DNA from: Dehalococcoidia bacterium
GTDB lineage: Bacteria; Chloroflexota; Dehalococcoidia; Bin125
Assembly (NCBI GenBank): GCA_963555985.3
Contig: OY820591.1
Location: 1,184,001-1,248,000, forward strand
Length of the DNA: 64,000 nt
Direction: 5' to 3'
The notes beneath the pieces are model-generated. The model did no database searches and was not told the origin of the DNA. It saw only the letters and a list, made by a program, of their open reading frames with translations. Below are positions 17,377-27,721 of the stretch, one piece after another. A program made the translations under genes and the position numbers. Position 1 is the first letter of the stretch. Each line of letters opens with the position of its first letter.

Positions 17377-18558
17377 CTACACCTCGAAGTTGTAGACCTT
17401 CGCCGCGTTCCGCTGCAACACGTTCAGCAGATCCTCCTCGGGCAGCACGCTCAGCACCTCTTCCACGTGCTGCTTCGGATTCCGCGCCACGCTGTTCGGA
17501 CCCGGCGACATCGAGGTCGGGTGCGGGAAGTCGGTCTCGAACATGAAGTTCTCGGAGCCGAGATTCTCGATCGCCTTCACGACCGAGTCCTCCTCGAACC
17601 AGAAGCAGCCGTAGCACTGGCGCTTGAAGTACTCCGAGGGCAGCAGGTCCATCTCCGGGTGCTCCTCGCGGCAGCCCGAATTCAGCCACTGCCAGTCCAT
17701 CGCCTCCAGCAGGTACGGAATCCAGCCCACGCCCGACTCGACCGAGACGAACTTCAGCTCCGGGAAGCGGTGGCACATCCCCGACAGGATGATGTCGAGA
17801 ATCGCGTTCGAGTTGTCCAGGAACAGCTTCACCGTCGACTTCGCGTAAGCCGCCTGCCGGCCGTTGTCCACCGTCACGTTGCGCAGCTCGGTCAGGTCGC
17901 CGGAGCCGATGTGGAAGTTGATCGACAGGCCCATCTCCTGCGCCTGGTGCCAGATCGGGTCCCAGTGCTGCTCGGTGATCCGAGGCAGCCCAAACGTGTG
18001 CGGCTGATTCGTCATCAGCACGCCCTTGTGCCCGCGGTCATACGCCCGCTGCATCTCGTCCACGCAGGCCTGCACATCCCAGAACGGCATCGCCATGATC
18101 GGAATGAAGCGCTTGGGCTCCACCGACGTCCACTCCACCAGGAAGTCGTTGTACGCCCGCACGCAGTCGAGCCGCAGCTCGTCGTCCGTCAGCTGCAAGA
18201 AGTTGCCCGAACCGAAGCCGCCCACGTTCGGATAGACGACCTGCGCGTACATCCCGTACTCGTCCATCCGCTCCAGGCGCTCGTGGATCTCCCAAGAGCC
18301 GTGATCCGCCTCCTTCAGCGACGGCGGATGATTCGGCGGCGGCGACTTCCAGCCCGCCATCGCCGCCCCCGCCGTGGGCATGAACTTCTTCCCGCCCATC
18401 ACCCAGCGGTCTTCGTTGATCTCCGGGTCGAAGATCACGTGAGGCACCAGATCGCCCCACTTCCTCGTCGAAATCCGGTCGGTCCAAAGCGTCTCCGGCT
18501 CCGACACATGCGTATCGGAATCGATCACCTTGATCCGGTCGCAGATCAGCTCAGCCAT
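17377..18558 (-). CDS. Amidohydrolase family (amidohydro_2) protein
   Basis: DSDTH..EP, AYND, FHIG, VESG.GW, FETDFPHP. Confidence 0.9.
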   Translation of the reverse strand: MAELICDRIKVIDSDTHVSEPETLWTDRISTRKWGDLVPHVIFDPEINEDRWVMGGKKFMPTAGAAMAGWKSPPPNHPPSLKEADHGSWEIHERLERMDEYGMYAQVVYPNVGGFGSGNFLQLTDDELRLDCVRAYNDFLVEWTSVEPKRFIPIMAMPFWDVQACVDEMQRAYDRGHKGVLMTNQPHTFGLPRITEQHWDPIWHQAQEMGLSINFHIGSGDLTELRNVTVDNGRQAAYAKSTVKLFLDNSNAILDIILSGMCHRFPELKFVSVESGVGWIPYLLEAMDWQWLNSGCREEHPEMDLLPSEYFKRQCYGCFWFEEDSVVKAIENLGSENFMFETDFPHPTSMSPGPNSVARNPKQHVEEVLSVLPEEDLLNVLQRNAAKVYNFEV

Positions 18559-18746
18559 GCTCCAGTCCTTTCCGATGAGCGACAGTGATTGGGCACAGGC
18601 TAGCAGGTTCGCTGCGCTGAGACATTTGGCGACGAGGAGCGGCCGGCGTCGCCGGGAGACAGAGAATTCCCTTGCCCAAAGGCCGAGCTGACCCTACATT
18701 GCCGCCTGGCGCAGCAAGCAAGCACCTTCCTGAACGGGTCTAGGCC

Positions 18747-21700
18747 ATGAGACAACGGATCGGACGCAGACAGCACCCCCACCGAGCGAGCGCGTCGGGT
18801 CTCCGCGGCGTCTTGCTGCGGATGCTCGTCGCCCTCGGCCTTGTCGCGGTGGGTGTAGCGGCGGCACTGGCGTTGGGCATGGACTTGACACACGCCGAGC
18901 GCCCTTGTTTCCTTAGCGTGAATGGGGTGACCACGCAGATTACCCAAGATTCGCACGAATATGGCCTGAATGGGGCACCATACTGGCGAATCACGATACC
19001 GGACTCGAGCATACACGCGGCCGCCCAAAATCGCCACTTAAACGTCCAGATAAGCATGAGAGTGGATCTCTCCGCCACTAATTCGTCGCTTCCAAGTGGC
19101 CCGTGTCTATCCGGACAGCAAGAAGCGGACGACTGGAAGGACAATGAAGCCGACTTTCGCGTGCGGGTCAATGTCAACGAATCGAACAACATAAGAGGCA
19201 TTTGGACCCATGATGAGCCCCAAGGACACGATGGAGCGAACGATGCGGAATTGCGACATAACAGTTTAATGCTGGCAAAGTGGGGTCACCGCGGTATTCG
19301 AAGCCGCGGGAACTACGGTTCAAGTGCCGGCCGTCCTGCGGAGCTTAAACAGAGTGCCAAAAGAGGCGAGACTCGAACGACATCCATTCCCTTGATGTTT
19401 CGCTTTCCAGTAACTCCGGACGAAACGAGTGGGAGCCCTTTCGTCGACGACAAAACGCGCCATAAGGACTGGTACGCCTTTGCGTTGGACTTGCAACAAA
19501 AGGATCGTAGATACAGGTTTCGCGGACGGGACGATCTCGCTAGCGATAAGTGGCGCGATTCTACGCACACGTTCGTCGTGATCGTGGTTGAACCCGGAAA
19601 GTACACGACAATTGGCGGAAAACACCGCACACACCTCCATGACATTACTCATGATACGGTTGATCTCGCTCTTGGTACCGCGAAAAATCTTGCGAAGCGC
19701 GAAACGTATCAGCAGACCTTCGAACTCTGGAAGGAGTTGAGTGCTTGGGCGGTAAACAAGTTGAAGGAGGTGGCTGGGAATTGGGTATGGAATAAACTGG
19801 GCCTGCCTGGGCAGTTGGATTTACATTGTGAGCCGAAAGCTAGCTATGATACGAGGGATGAGAATGAGGAGCGAGGGCCTTTGAATTTTAGTGACGATCT
19901 GTGGAGGAACACACTTGATGGGTGCCCGGAACAGGACAATGCTAATGTTATATTTGTGCTTGGCAATCCTAGTCGAATATGGGTTGATGTGTTTCCCTCC
20001 GGTCCCGATGTAGGGAGAGTAGAGCAACCTCACTCTCGTTTGTCGGGGGCGCTCAGCGACTATGAGAAGGGAGCGCTTCTTGGGCCCGGGCAGATAACAC
20101 GATGGTTGGGCAGCGTCGACGACGTCGAGATGGTCAATTTCCGAGCAGATCATTCTACGACTGAAGCTGCCGTGCTTACTTTGCTTTGGGAGCCGCTCAA
20201 AGACATTACGCAAATTGCTGTGGACATGGCCGTGCATGGCAGGCCTGTGACGGATCAGGTCGTGAGTAACATCACCACTCAAGCCTTATTCAGTCTGTTG
20301 GAGGAGGCCGAAGTCCGAGACGCACTTGATAGTTTTCGAGATGGTCAGTTCGATCTTGACCATGTTTGGCGCGTCATTGAGACAATAGTGGCGCCGGGAG
20401 TAATAGGTCCCATTGTAGGTGAGGCGATTGCGGAGTGGTTTGAGCAACCTGACGAAGTCGTGAGGCAAACAGAAAGCTCTGTTAGCGAGGTGCTGGACAA
20501 GGCAGAGATCACCGGTACGACTGGGAAGCTGTTTGTCAAGATCAAAGCGGCGGTAGCTGGATGGCAAGCTGGGGTCCGCACTGTACAGTGGATAGCATTG
20601 CGCCTTGATCGTGATGATGTGATGAAGGAGAATACGGTCAAGTTCACTAGGGAGCGTGAGCAGGTGACACTGACCCTGCACGCCATCGGCGAAGGCACGG
20701 TTACGCTAGATGGCCAAGAGTACGGCGGGCAGCACGTGCTTAAGGTCGACAAAGGCAGCCGGCAACGTCTAATGGCAATTCCTGAAAGTGGCCATCACTT
20801 TTCCGCCTGGATTGCTGGGAATACGGTCGAATTCAATCATGTGATTGATGTGCAGGTCGACACAGATACGACAGTAGTCGCCAACTTTTTTGAAGGCAAT
20901 AAACCGAGCGTGACGCTGAGGATTGAGGCCGGCAGAGGCGGAACAGTTGAACCAACCGCCGGAACCACACTGCGCGTTCCACGGAATAGCAGGCAGCCTG
21001 TCGTGGCCACACCGGAGGAAGGTTACTACTTCACTGGATGGGCCGGTTCACATGGCCTGAGCGATGCAGACAAGGTAGAGCCAGAGATATGGCTAGACAT
21101 GGATCGAGACCGGCGGGTGATCGCGCAATTCAAGCGCGGTAGCGTTCCTGGGTCTGGTGCCAGCAGTGGCGCGAAGCGGACCCTGCACATCGAGAAAACG
21201 CCCGCTGCGGGCGGCCGCGTAACACTGTCGCCGTATGCCGGAACAGGCAATGAGTATGCGCACGGAACAACCGTGACTGTCACCGCCAGACCGAGCACAG
21301 GCTATCGGTTTGTTCGGTGGGAGGGGGACCGCGAACTGACGCGCAGCTCCGTGAGCGTGCGGATGGACGGGGACAAAAGGCTGCGAGCGGTGTTTGAGTC
21401 GCTCCTAACCCAGCCCACTCTGACTGTGAGTGCCCAGCCCGCTGGCGGAGAAGCTGGCTGGATCGAGGTGTTGAACGGAACCGGATCGACGTCGGGCCAA
21501 CGGCTTTTCCAGCGTGGCGAGACGGCGAGAATCCGCGCTCATACCAATGCCGGTTGGCGCTTCACGGGTTGGTCAGGCGATGCCAGCGGGACCAGCGTGC
21601 AAGTGAACGTGACGATGAACGGGGACAAGCGGGTGATGGCGCATTGGCAGCGAGCGCAGGCTCAGCCAGGAACCTACACCCTGACGGTGAGCGCGAATCC

Positions 21701-22955
21701 GAGCGGGGGCGCGGCGGGCTATGTGGAGATTGTCGGCGGGAGCGGGAACACGCCTGGTCAGCGCGATTTCGCCTCTGGTCAATCGGCGCGGATCGTGGCG
21801 CACACCAACGCCGGTTGGCGCTTCACGGGCTGGTCGGGGGACGCGAGCGGAGGCAGTGTGCAGACGAACGTGACGATGAACGGGGACAAGCGGGTGACGG
21901 CGCATTGGGAACGTGTGCAGGCACAGCCCGGGACCTACACATTGACGGTGAGCGCGAATCCGAGCGGGGGCGCGGCGGGCTACGTGGAGATCGTGGGCGG
22001 TAGCGGGAGCATCCCCGGCCAACGTAACTTCAGTGCTGGTCAATCGGCGCGGATCGTGGCGCATACGAACGCGGGCTGGCGCTTCGCGGGCTGGTCGGGG
22101 GACGCGAGCGGAGGCGGCGCGCAGACGAATGTGACGATGAACGGGGACAAGGCGGTGACGGCGCATTGGGAGCGCGTGCAGCCGTCGACCTACACGCTGA
22201 CGGTGAGCGCGAATCCGAGCGGGGGCGCGGCGGGCTACGTGGAGATCGTGGGCGGCAGCGGGAGCATCCCTGGCCAACGTAACTTCAGTGCTGGTCAATC
22301 GGCGCGAATCGTGGCGCATACGAACGCGGGCTGGCGCTTCACGGGCTGGTCGGGGGACGCGAGCGGCGGCGGCGCGCAGACGAACGTGACGATGAATCGG
22401 GACAAGGCGGTGACGGCGCATTGGGAGCGCGTGCAGCCGTCGACCTACACATTGACGGTGAGCGCGAATCCGAACAACGGCAGCGGCGGCTATGTGGAGG
22501 TGCACAACGGGAGCGGCACAACGCCAGGCCAGCGGGTGTTCGACGCTGGCGAGTTTGCGAATCTGGAGGCGCGGCCGAATTCGGGCTGGCGGTTCGTGCG
22601 TTGGGAATTGGACGCAAGCGGGAGCAACACGCGCGCGAGTGTGTTGATGAATCGAGACAAGCGAGTACGCGCGGTGTTCGAGCAAGTGCACGCGTCAACA
22701 TACACACTAATGGTCGCGTCATCCCCCAGCAGCGCAGGGCAAGTGCTGATACACAACGGAAGTGGGAATATCCCTGGCCAACGAACGTTCAACACCGGCG
22801 ATGTTGCCCAGCTGGAAGCAGTGGCCTGGAGCGGATGGTGCTTCTGGCGTTGGACGACCTCTTGGAACTCATGGACTGGAACGCTCCCGAGCGTGAACTT
22901 GAACATAGGAGGTCCGGGCAGCGGTACGATGACAGCTCACTTCTATGGATGTTGA
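18747..22955 (+). CDS. Large secreted/surface protein with C-terminal InlB-B/Flg_new-like repeats
   Basis: Hydrophobic signal ending THA; about 9 beta repeats 'YTLTVSA..GG...A..GWRF.GWSGD...V.M.GDK.VTA.F/W'. Confidence 0.8.
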   Translation: MRQRIGRRQHPHRASASGLRGVLLRMLVALGLVAVGVAAALALGMDLTHAERPCFLSVNGVTTQITQDSHEYGLNGAPYWRITIPDSSIHAAAQNRHLNVQISMRVDLSATNSSLPSGPCLSGQQEADDWKDNEADFRVRVNVNESNNIRGIWTHDEPQGHDGANDAELRHNSLMLAKWGHRGIRSRGNYGSSAGRPAELKQSAKRGETRTTSIPLMFRFPVTPDETSGSPFVDDKTRHKDWYAFALDLQQKDRRYRFRGRDDLASDKWRDSTHTFVVIVVEPGKYTTIGGKHRTHLHDITHDTVDLALGTAKNLAKRETYQQTFELWKELSAWAVNKLKEVAGNWVWNKLGLPGQLDLHCEPKASYDTRDENEERGPLNFSDDLWRNTLDGCPEQDNANVIFVLGNPSRIWVDVFPSGPDVGRVEQPHSRLSGALSDYEKGALLGPGQITRWLGSVDDVEMVNFRADHSTTEAAVLTLLWEPLKDITQIAVDMAVHGRPVTDQVVSNITTQALFSLLEEAEVRDALDSFRDGQFDLDHVWRVIETIVAPGVIGPIVGEAIAEWFEQPDEVVRQTESSVSEVLDKAEITGTTGKLFVKIKAAVAGWQAGVRTVQWIALRLDRDDVMKENTVKFTREREQVTLTLHAIGEGTVTLDGQEYGGQHVLKVDKGSRQRLMAIPESGHHFSAWIAGNTVEFNHVIDVQVDTDTTVVANFFEGNKPSVTLRIEAGRGGTVEPTAGTTLRVPRNSRQPVVATPEEGYYFTGWAGSHGLSDADKVEPEIWLDMDRDRRVIAQFKRGSVPGSGASSGAKRTLHIEKTPAAGGRVTLSPYAGTGNEYAHGTTVTVTARPSTGYRFVRWEGDRELTRSSVSVRMDGDKRLRAVFESLLTQPTLTVSAQPAGGEAGWIEVLNGTGSTSGQRLFQRGETARIRAHTNAGWRFTGWSGDASGTSVQVNVTMNGDKRVMAHWQRAQAQPGTYTLTVSANPSGGAAGYVEIVGGSGNTPGQRDFASGQSARIVAHTNAGWRFTGWSGDASGGSVQTNVTMNGDKRVTAHWERVQAQPGTYTLTVSANPSGGAAGYVEIVGGSGSIPGQRNFSAGQSARIVAHTNAGWRFAGWSGDASGGGAQTNVTMNGDKAVTAHWERVQPSTYTLTVSANPSGGAAGYVEIVGGSGSIPGQRNFSAGQSARIVAHTNAGWRFTGWSGDASGGGAQTNVTMNRDKAVTAHWERVQPSTYTLTVSANPNNGSGGYVEVHNGSGTTPGQRVFDAGEFANLEARPNSGWRFVRWELDASGSNTRASVLMNRDKRVRAVFEQVHASTYTLMVASSPSSAGQVLIHNGSGNIPGQRTFNTGDVAQLEAVAWSGWCFWRWTTSWNSWTGTLPSVNLNIGGPGSGTMTAHFYGC
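21672..22697 (+). repeat. Near-identical 255-261 bp tandem coding repeats
   Basis: acctacac..tgacggtgagcgcgaatccg units start at 21672, 21933, 22188, 22443. Confidence 0.9.
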
Positions 22956-23077
22956 GTTGGCTTCTCTGGTCTGGCTCATCGAAGCGAGGGGCGCAGCGAA
23001 AGCAGGCTGTGTACAGAGCGCGGCATCTGCCGAGACGATAGGCTGAGAATCTGTTCGCCCCCACGAAATAACTGGCC

Positions 23078-24913
23078 TTGACCGTTCTCACATCCGATCC
23101 CGCCGCCGACCGACCGCTCGGCCTCGATCTCCCCCGTCGCACCAAGCGCCTGATCATCATCGGCGCGATGTTGGGCATGTTCATGGCTGCGCTCGAACAG
23201 AGCGTGGTCAGCCCCGCCATGCCCCAGATCGTCTCCGACCTGGGCGGCCTCGAGCTCTACCCCTGGCTCGTCCAGTCCTTCATCATGGCCCAGGTCGTCA
23301 CGATCCCGGTCGCCGGCACGCTCAGCGACATGTTCGGGCGCAAGCCGCTCCTGCTGACCGGGATGACCATCTTCCTCTTGGGTTCAGCCCTCTGCGGCTT
23401 CGCGCCCGGCATCTACGAGTTGATCGCCTTCCGCGCCGTCCAGGGCGTCGGCGCCGCGATCCTGATGACCTCTACCTTCTCCGTTGTCGGCGACCTCTAC
23501 GCCCCCGCCGAGCGCGGACGCTTCATCGGCCTCTTCGGCGGCGTCTTCGCGCTCAGCAGCCTGATCGGCGCGCCGATCGGCGGCGTCCTCACCGAAACCC
23601 TCTCCTGGCGCTGGGTCTTCTGGATCATGTTGATCCTCGGGCCGCTGGTGATCGCCATCGTCGCCATCAAGGTGCCCTGGCTGCGACCGCCCAAGCGCGA
23701 GCTCAAGATCGACGCCGCCGGCGTTCTCACCCTGTCGGTCACGCTGATCCCGGCCCTGATCGCGCTCAGCCTCGCCTCCGAGTGGGGCTGGCTCGCCCCG
23801 CAGACCCTGCTGCTGTTCGTCGTCTCCGCCATCGCGCTCATGCTCTTCATCCGTGTCGAACGCCGCGCCGAGCAGCCCATCGTCCCCCTCCAACTGTTCC
23901 GCATCCACACCATCGCCACCGCCGCAATCGTCAACTTCTTCATCGGCGTCGGCATGATGGGCGTCTTCGTCTACCTCCAGTTCTACCTCCAGGTCGGCAT
24001 CGGCGTCGACGCCGCCACCGCCGGCCTCGTCATGGGGCCGATGATCATCGTCTCCGTCGCCGGCTCGATCGTCTCCGGACAGATCATGTCGCGCACCGGG
24101 CGCTACAAGTATCTGGCCGTCACCGGCTCGCTGATGATGTTCGGTTCGATGCTGCTGCTCTCCACCATGACCCGCGAGACCACGATCCCCGGTGTGCTCG
24201 GGCGGATGTTCCTCTTCGGCATCGGCATGGGCCTGATGATGCCTGTCATGTCCATCGCCTCCCAGAACGCCGCTCCGCAGAAGTTCCTCGGCATCGTCTC
24301 CGCCTTCAACCAGTTCTTCCAGCAGGTCGGAGGCGTGATCGGCATCGGCGTGATCGGAGCGCTCTTCAACGCCCGCCTCGCCAACGGACTGATCGAACGC
24401 CTCACCCCCGACCTGGTCGACAAAATCCAGCCCGAAAAGCTGGTCGATCCCCTCTTCCGCGAAGGCTTGGTCGAAGACCTCGGCGCCGAGGTCTGGGCGG
24501 TAGCCGAGCCTCAAGTGCAGACCGCCGTCGCCAACGCCATCACCGACAACTTCCTCCTCGCCGCCGCCATCGTCCTGATCTCCGTGCTCGCCATCCTCAG
24601 GATGAAAGAAATCAGACTGCGAAGCGCCGAGTTGCCCGCCCCCGCCAGCATCGAATCTCCGGACCTACCGCCTGCACTCGTCGCCGCCCCGGTCCCATCC
24701 TCGCCACCGAGCAGAGCCCAACTCCCGCTCAACGGAGCCGCCGAGATCTTCGCCCTAGAGCTCCGCGACCAATACGAGCCGCCGCCAACCCCGGCAGTCA
24801 ACGGAACCGAACGCGCAACGTCCCTCCGACGCAACGCCATCGCCGCCGCCATGATCGGTGCCGGCCTCGGTTTGGCCCTCTCCCTGGTCTACCCGCGCAA
24901 CCGCTCGCGCTAG
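23078..24913 (+). CDS. MFS transporter, DHA2 (EmrB/QacA) family
   Basis: About 14 TM helices, GTLSDMFGRK motif A, RAVQGVG, SWRWVFWI. Confidence 0.9.
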   Translation: MTVLTSDPAADRPLGLDLPRRTKRLIIIGAMLGMFMAALEQSVVSPAMPQIVSDLGGLELYPWLVQSFIMAQVVTIPVAGTLSDMFGRKPLLLTGMTIFLLGSALCGFAPGIYELIAFRAVQGVGAAILMTSTFSVVGDLYAPAERGRFIGLFGGVFALSSLIGAPIGGVLTETLSWRWVFWIMLILGPLVIAIVAIKVPWLRPPKRELKIDAAGVLTLSVTLIPALIALSLASEWGWLAPQTLLLFVVSAIALMLFIRVERRAEQPIVPLQLFRIHTIATAAIVNFFIGVGMMGVFVYLQFYLQVGIGVDAATAGLVMGPMIIVSVAGSIVSGQIMSRTGRYKYLAVTGSLMMFGSMLLLSTMTRETTIPGVLGRMFLFGIGMGLMMPVMSIASQNAAPQKFLGIVSAFNQFFQQVGGVIGIGVIGALFNARLANGLIERLTPDLVDKIQPEKLVDPLFREGLVEDLGAEVWAVAEPQVQTAVANAITDNFLLAAAIVLISVLAILRMKEIRLRSAELPAPASIESPDLPPALVAAPVPSSPPSRAQLPLNGAAEIFALELRDQYEPPPTPAVNGTERATSLRRNAIAAAMIGAGLGLALSLVYPRNRSR

Positions 24914-26154
24914 TCCCCGAACTCCGACGCCACCACCGCAAACGCCTCCTCCGACGCCTCCAACGTGTGCGCCACATCCTCGTCCGACAGCGCCGTCGAC
25001 AAGAACCCGTTGTGGATCGGATGCAGATACACGCCCCGCTCCGCCAACTCTGCCGAGAACCGATACGCGCGCGGCACATCCCGCGTCGACATATCGTCGC
25101 CGTCGAAGAGCATCAGCGGAATCGACACCGGTCCTGTCTGCCGAATCCCGACCCCGTGAGAATCGGCGGCCTGTTGCCAGCCCTGACGCAGCGCATTCCC
25201 AACCCGCCCCAAATGCGCGATCCCGTCCGTCTCCAGCATCGTCTCGATCGTCGCTTGCGCCGCCGCCATCGGCGCGCCCGTGAACCAGTAGGAACCGGTC
25301 GCCATCGTCTTGGCCACCGCCTCGCTCAGACTCTCCCGACCCATCAGCGCCGAGATCGGATGCCCGTTGCCGATCGCCTTGCAGTACGCGCTCAGGTCCG
25401 GATCAACGCCCAGCGGCGCCCAACTCCCCGCCATGTCGATCCGGAAACCGCCGCGCACGTCGTCGAGGATCAGCACGATCCCGTTCGCGTCGCATAGCTC
25501 CCGCACCCCGCGCGCAAAGTCAACCGTCGGCAGTTCTTGATCGAAGCCCACATCGTGCCGGAACGCCGAAACGATGATCGCCGCTGCGTCGCCCTCAGCC
25601 GCCTCAATCGCCGCCCGCACCGAGCCGAGGTCATTGAACTCGTACTCGATCGTGCCGTCCGCCTGGAGCGTCATGTCGCCGCCGCTGATCCACGTCGGCG
25701 ACGCCCCGTGATACGCCCCGTGCGCGCGCAGAATCGTCCCCCTGCCCGTCGCCGTCCGCGAGACCGAGGCCGCGTACACGGTCGCGTCGGTGCCATTCTT
25801 CGCCATCCAGGCCCAGTCCGCCCAAGGCGTGATCTCGACCAGCAACTCAGCCAACTCGACCATCTTCGCCGAAGGACCGTTGAAGCAATCCCCCGCGCCT
25901 TGCGCTTCCGCAGCCGCCTGATCAACCGCCGGATGCTGGTACCCAAGCAGAATCGGACCGTAGGCGCAGAGATAATCGATGTACTCGTTGCCGTCCACGT
26001 CCCACAGGTGCGAACCTTCCCCCCGCGCGAAGAACTGCGGGAAATTCTCCGGCAGGTACGACGCGTTCTGATGCCCGTACATCCCGTTCGGAATCACCGC
26101 GCGGGCGCGCTCACGCAACCCCGTGTCAATCGACCGATCCCGCCGACTGGTCAT
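24910..26154 (-). CDS. Class III aminotransferase (GSA-aminomutase-like)
   Basis: WDVDGNEYID, KNGTDAT, DDVRGGFR, KAIGNGHP. Confidence 0.85.
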   Translation of the reverse strand: MTSRRDRSIDTGLRERARAVIPNGMYGHQNASYLPENFPQFFARGEGSHLWDVDGNEYIDYLCAYGPILLGYQHPAVDQAAAEAQGAGDCFNGPSAKMVELAELLVEITPWADWAWMAKNGTDATVYAASVSRTATGRGTILRAHGAYHGASPTWISGGDMTLQADGTIEYEFNDLGSVRAAIEAAEGDAAAIIVSAFRHDVGFDQELPTVDFARGVRELCDANGIVLILDDVRGGFRIDMAGSWAPLGVDPDLSAYCKAIGNGHPISALMGRESLSEAVAKTMATGSYWFTGAPMAAAQATIETMLETDGIAHLGRVGNALRQGWQQAADSHGVGIRQTGPVSIPLMLFDGDDMSTRDVPRAYRFSAELAERGVYLHPIHNGFLSTALSDEDVAHTLEASEEAFAVVASEFGD

Positions 26155-26218
26155 CTCATCCCTCAATTCCACGATCCTGACTGCGCCTCAGTCTACGCCC
26201 CGCCGATACCCTGCGCTC

Positions 26219-27406
26219 ATGCCCCGCCGCGAAGAAACAGCCGCCAAGCACGAGTGCCATCCTCTGGTGCTCGCCGCACGCGAACTGCAACCGCAAATCC
26301 GCGCCTGCGCCAACGAGACCGAAGCAAACCGCCGCGTACCAAGCCGACTCATCGACGCCTTCACCGATCGCGGCCTCTACCGCCTCAACATCCCCGCCGC
26401 AGCCTACGGAGAACAAGCCCACCCGCTGGTCGTCTTCCACGTCATCGAAGCCATCTCCCAAGCCGACCCCTCCACCGCCTGGGTCGTGATGATCGCAACC
26501 GAAGTCTCGCTCACCACCGGTTGGCTCCCCAACGCCGTCCTCAGCCAGATGATCGGCGGCGAAGAACCCGGCGGCCCACGCTGCCGAATCGCCGGCTCCT
26601 CCAGAGCCCTCGCAACCGCCGCGACCGACCCGAGCGGCAGCGGATATCGACTCAGCGGACAACTCAACTACCTCAGCGGAATCGAGCACGCCAACTTCGT
26701 CCTGGTCACCTTCCCCGATCCCGAAGACGACAGCGTGCGCATGGCGCTCCTCCCCCAACGCGCCGGCGAAATCGTGCATACCTGGGACACGATGGGCCTG
26801 CGCGGCACCGGCAGCCACGACTGGCGCCTCGAAGACGCATTCGTCCAGACCGCCCACACCTGGCGCCCGACCGATCCACCCTACGCAGACGGCCCCCACT
26901 GGCGCGTGCCCGATCGCTCCTTGGTCGCTTGGATCGCCAATGCCGGCCACGCGCTCGGCGGCGCGCAGGGCGCGATCGACGAGCTGGTCGAACTCGCCAC
27001 CTCAAGCAGCAGCGGCGACGCCACGCCCTTACGCGAGCGCGAACCGTTCCGACTCGCGCTCGCAGACGCCCAGGCGCGGGTAGCCGCCGCCAAGGCCTTC
27101 GTCCGCACAGCCTGGACCGAACTCTGGACGGCAATGGAGAACTCCGCCGCGGAGGTCCCCGAATCGCATTTGCGCCACCTGCTCGGCATGGCCCGGCTCG
27201 CAAACGTCCACGCCGTCCACGCCGGCGCCGACGCAGTCGAAACCCTTTTCCGCGCCGCAGGCGCCAACGCCGCCCACAAACGCTGGCCCCTCGAACGCCG
27301 CTGGCGAGACCTCCAAGTCGCCCGCCAACACGGCGCCGGCCTCAACTGGAACTACGACGCCGCAATCCGCCCCGCACTACACCTAGAACCCCGCCGCGCC
27401 CGCTAA
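26219..27406 (+). CDS. Acyl-CoA dehydrogenase-fold flavin-dependent hydroxylase (HsaA-like)
   Basis: SGIEHA, WDTMGLRGTGSHD, LERRWRD. Confidence 0.8.
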   Translation: MPRREETAAKHECHPLVLAARELQPQIRACANETEANRRVPSRLIDAFTDRGLYRLNIPAAAYGEQAHPLVVFHVIEAISQADPSTAWVVMIATEVSLTTGWLPNAVLSQMIGGEEPGGPRCRIAGSSRALATAATDPSGSGYRLSGQLNYLSGIEHANFVLVTFPDPEDDSVRMALLPQRAGEIVHTWDTMGLRGTGSHDWRLEDAFVQTAHTWRPTDPPYADGPHWRVPDRSLVAWIANAGHALGGAQGAIDELVELATSSSSGDATPLREREPFRLALADAQARVAAAKAFVRTAWTELWTAMENSAAEVPESHLRHLLGMARLANVHAVHAGADAVETLFRAAGANAAHKRWPLERRWRDLQVARQHGAGLNWNYDAAIRPALHLEPRRAR

Positions 27407-27426
27407 TCAAGCCCAAAACGCAACTC

Positions 27427-27570
27427 CTCCCCGACCGCTCTCCCCCTTGAGGGGGAGATGCCCCAACGGGGCAGAGGGGGTGAAAACGCCACACCCAGCA
27501 CAGACGCCCCAACCCAGATCCCCTCTCTCCCCCTTGCGGGGGGAGATGTCACGTAGTGACAGAGGGGGGG
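27427..27570. repeat. Two REP-like double-hairpin elements upstream of HTH paralog 1
   Basis: tctccccc-ttga-gggggaga + tgcccc-aac-ggggca; tctccccc-ttgc-gggggaga + tgtcac-gta-gtgaca. Confidence 0.85.
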
Positions 27571-27614
27571 TCCTCTGCCCCCGGCCTAAGCGAGGAGACA
27601 GAAAGAAACCAAAC

Positions 27615-27626
27615 GAACCCAAGTTC
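27615..27626. promoter_or_regulatory. Candidate LexA (GAAC-N4-GTTC) box
   Basis: GAAC-CCAA-GTTC, perfect core, about 96 bp upstream of the 27722 ATG. Confidence 0.4.
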
Positions 27627-27721
27627 CGCTTCTGTCACCCAGACAACACCCGCGACATAGCCCAACCAGCTATCATCAGAACAAGTAAGCCACACAACCG
27701 TACTCAGAAGGAGCACCGCTC

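Noticed and set aside
21672-22697. DGR template/variable repeat pair
   Set aside because: Repeats are in-frame tandem domains, differences are not adenine-specific, and no reverse transcriptase is present
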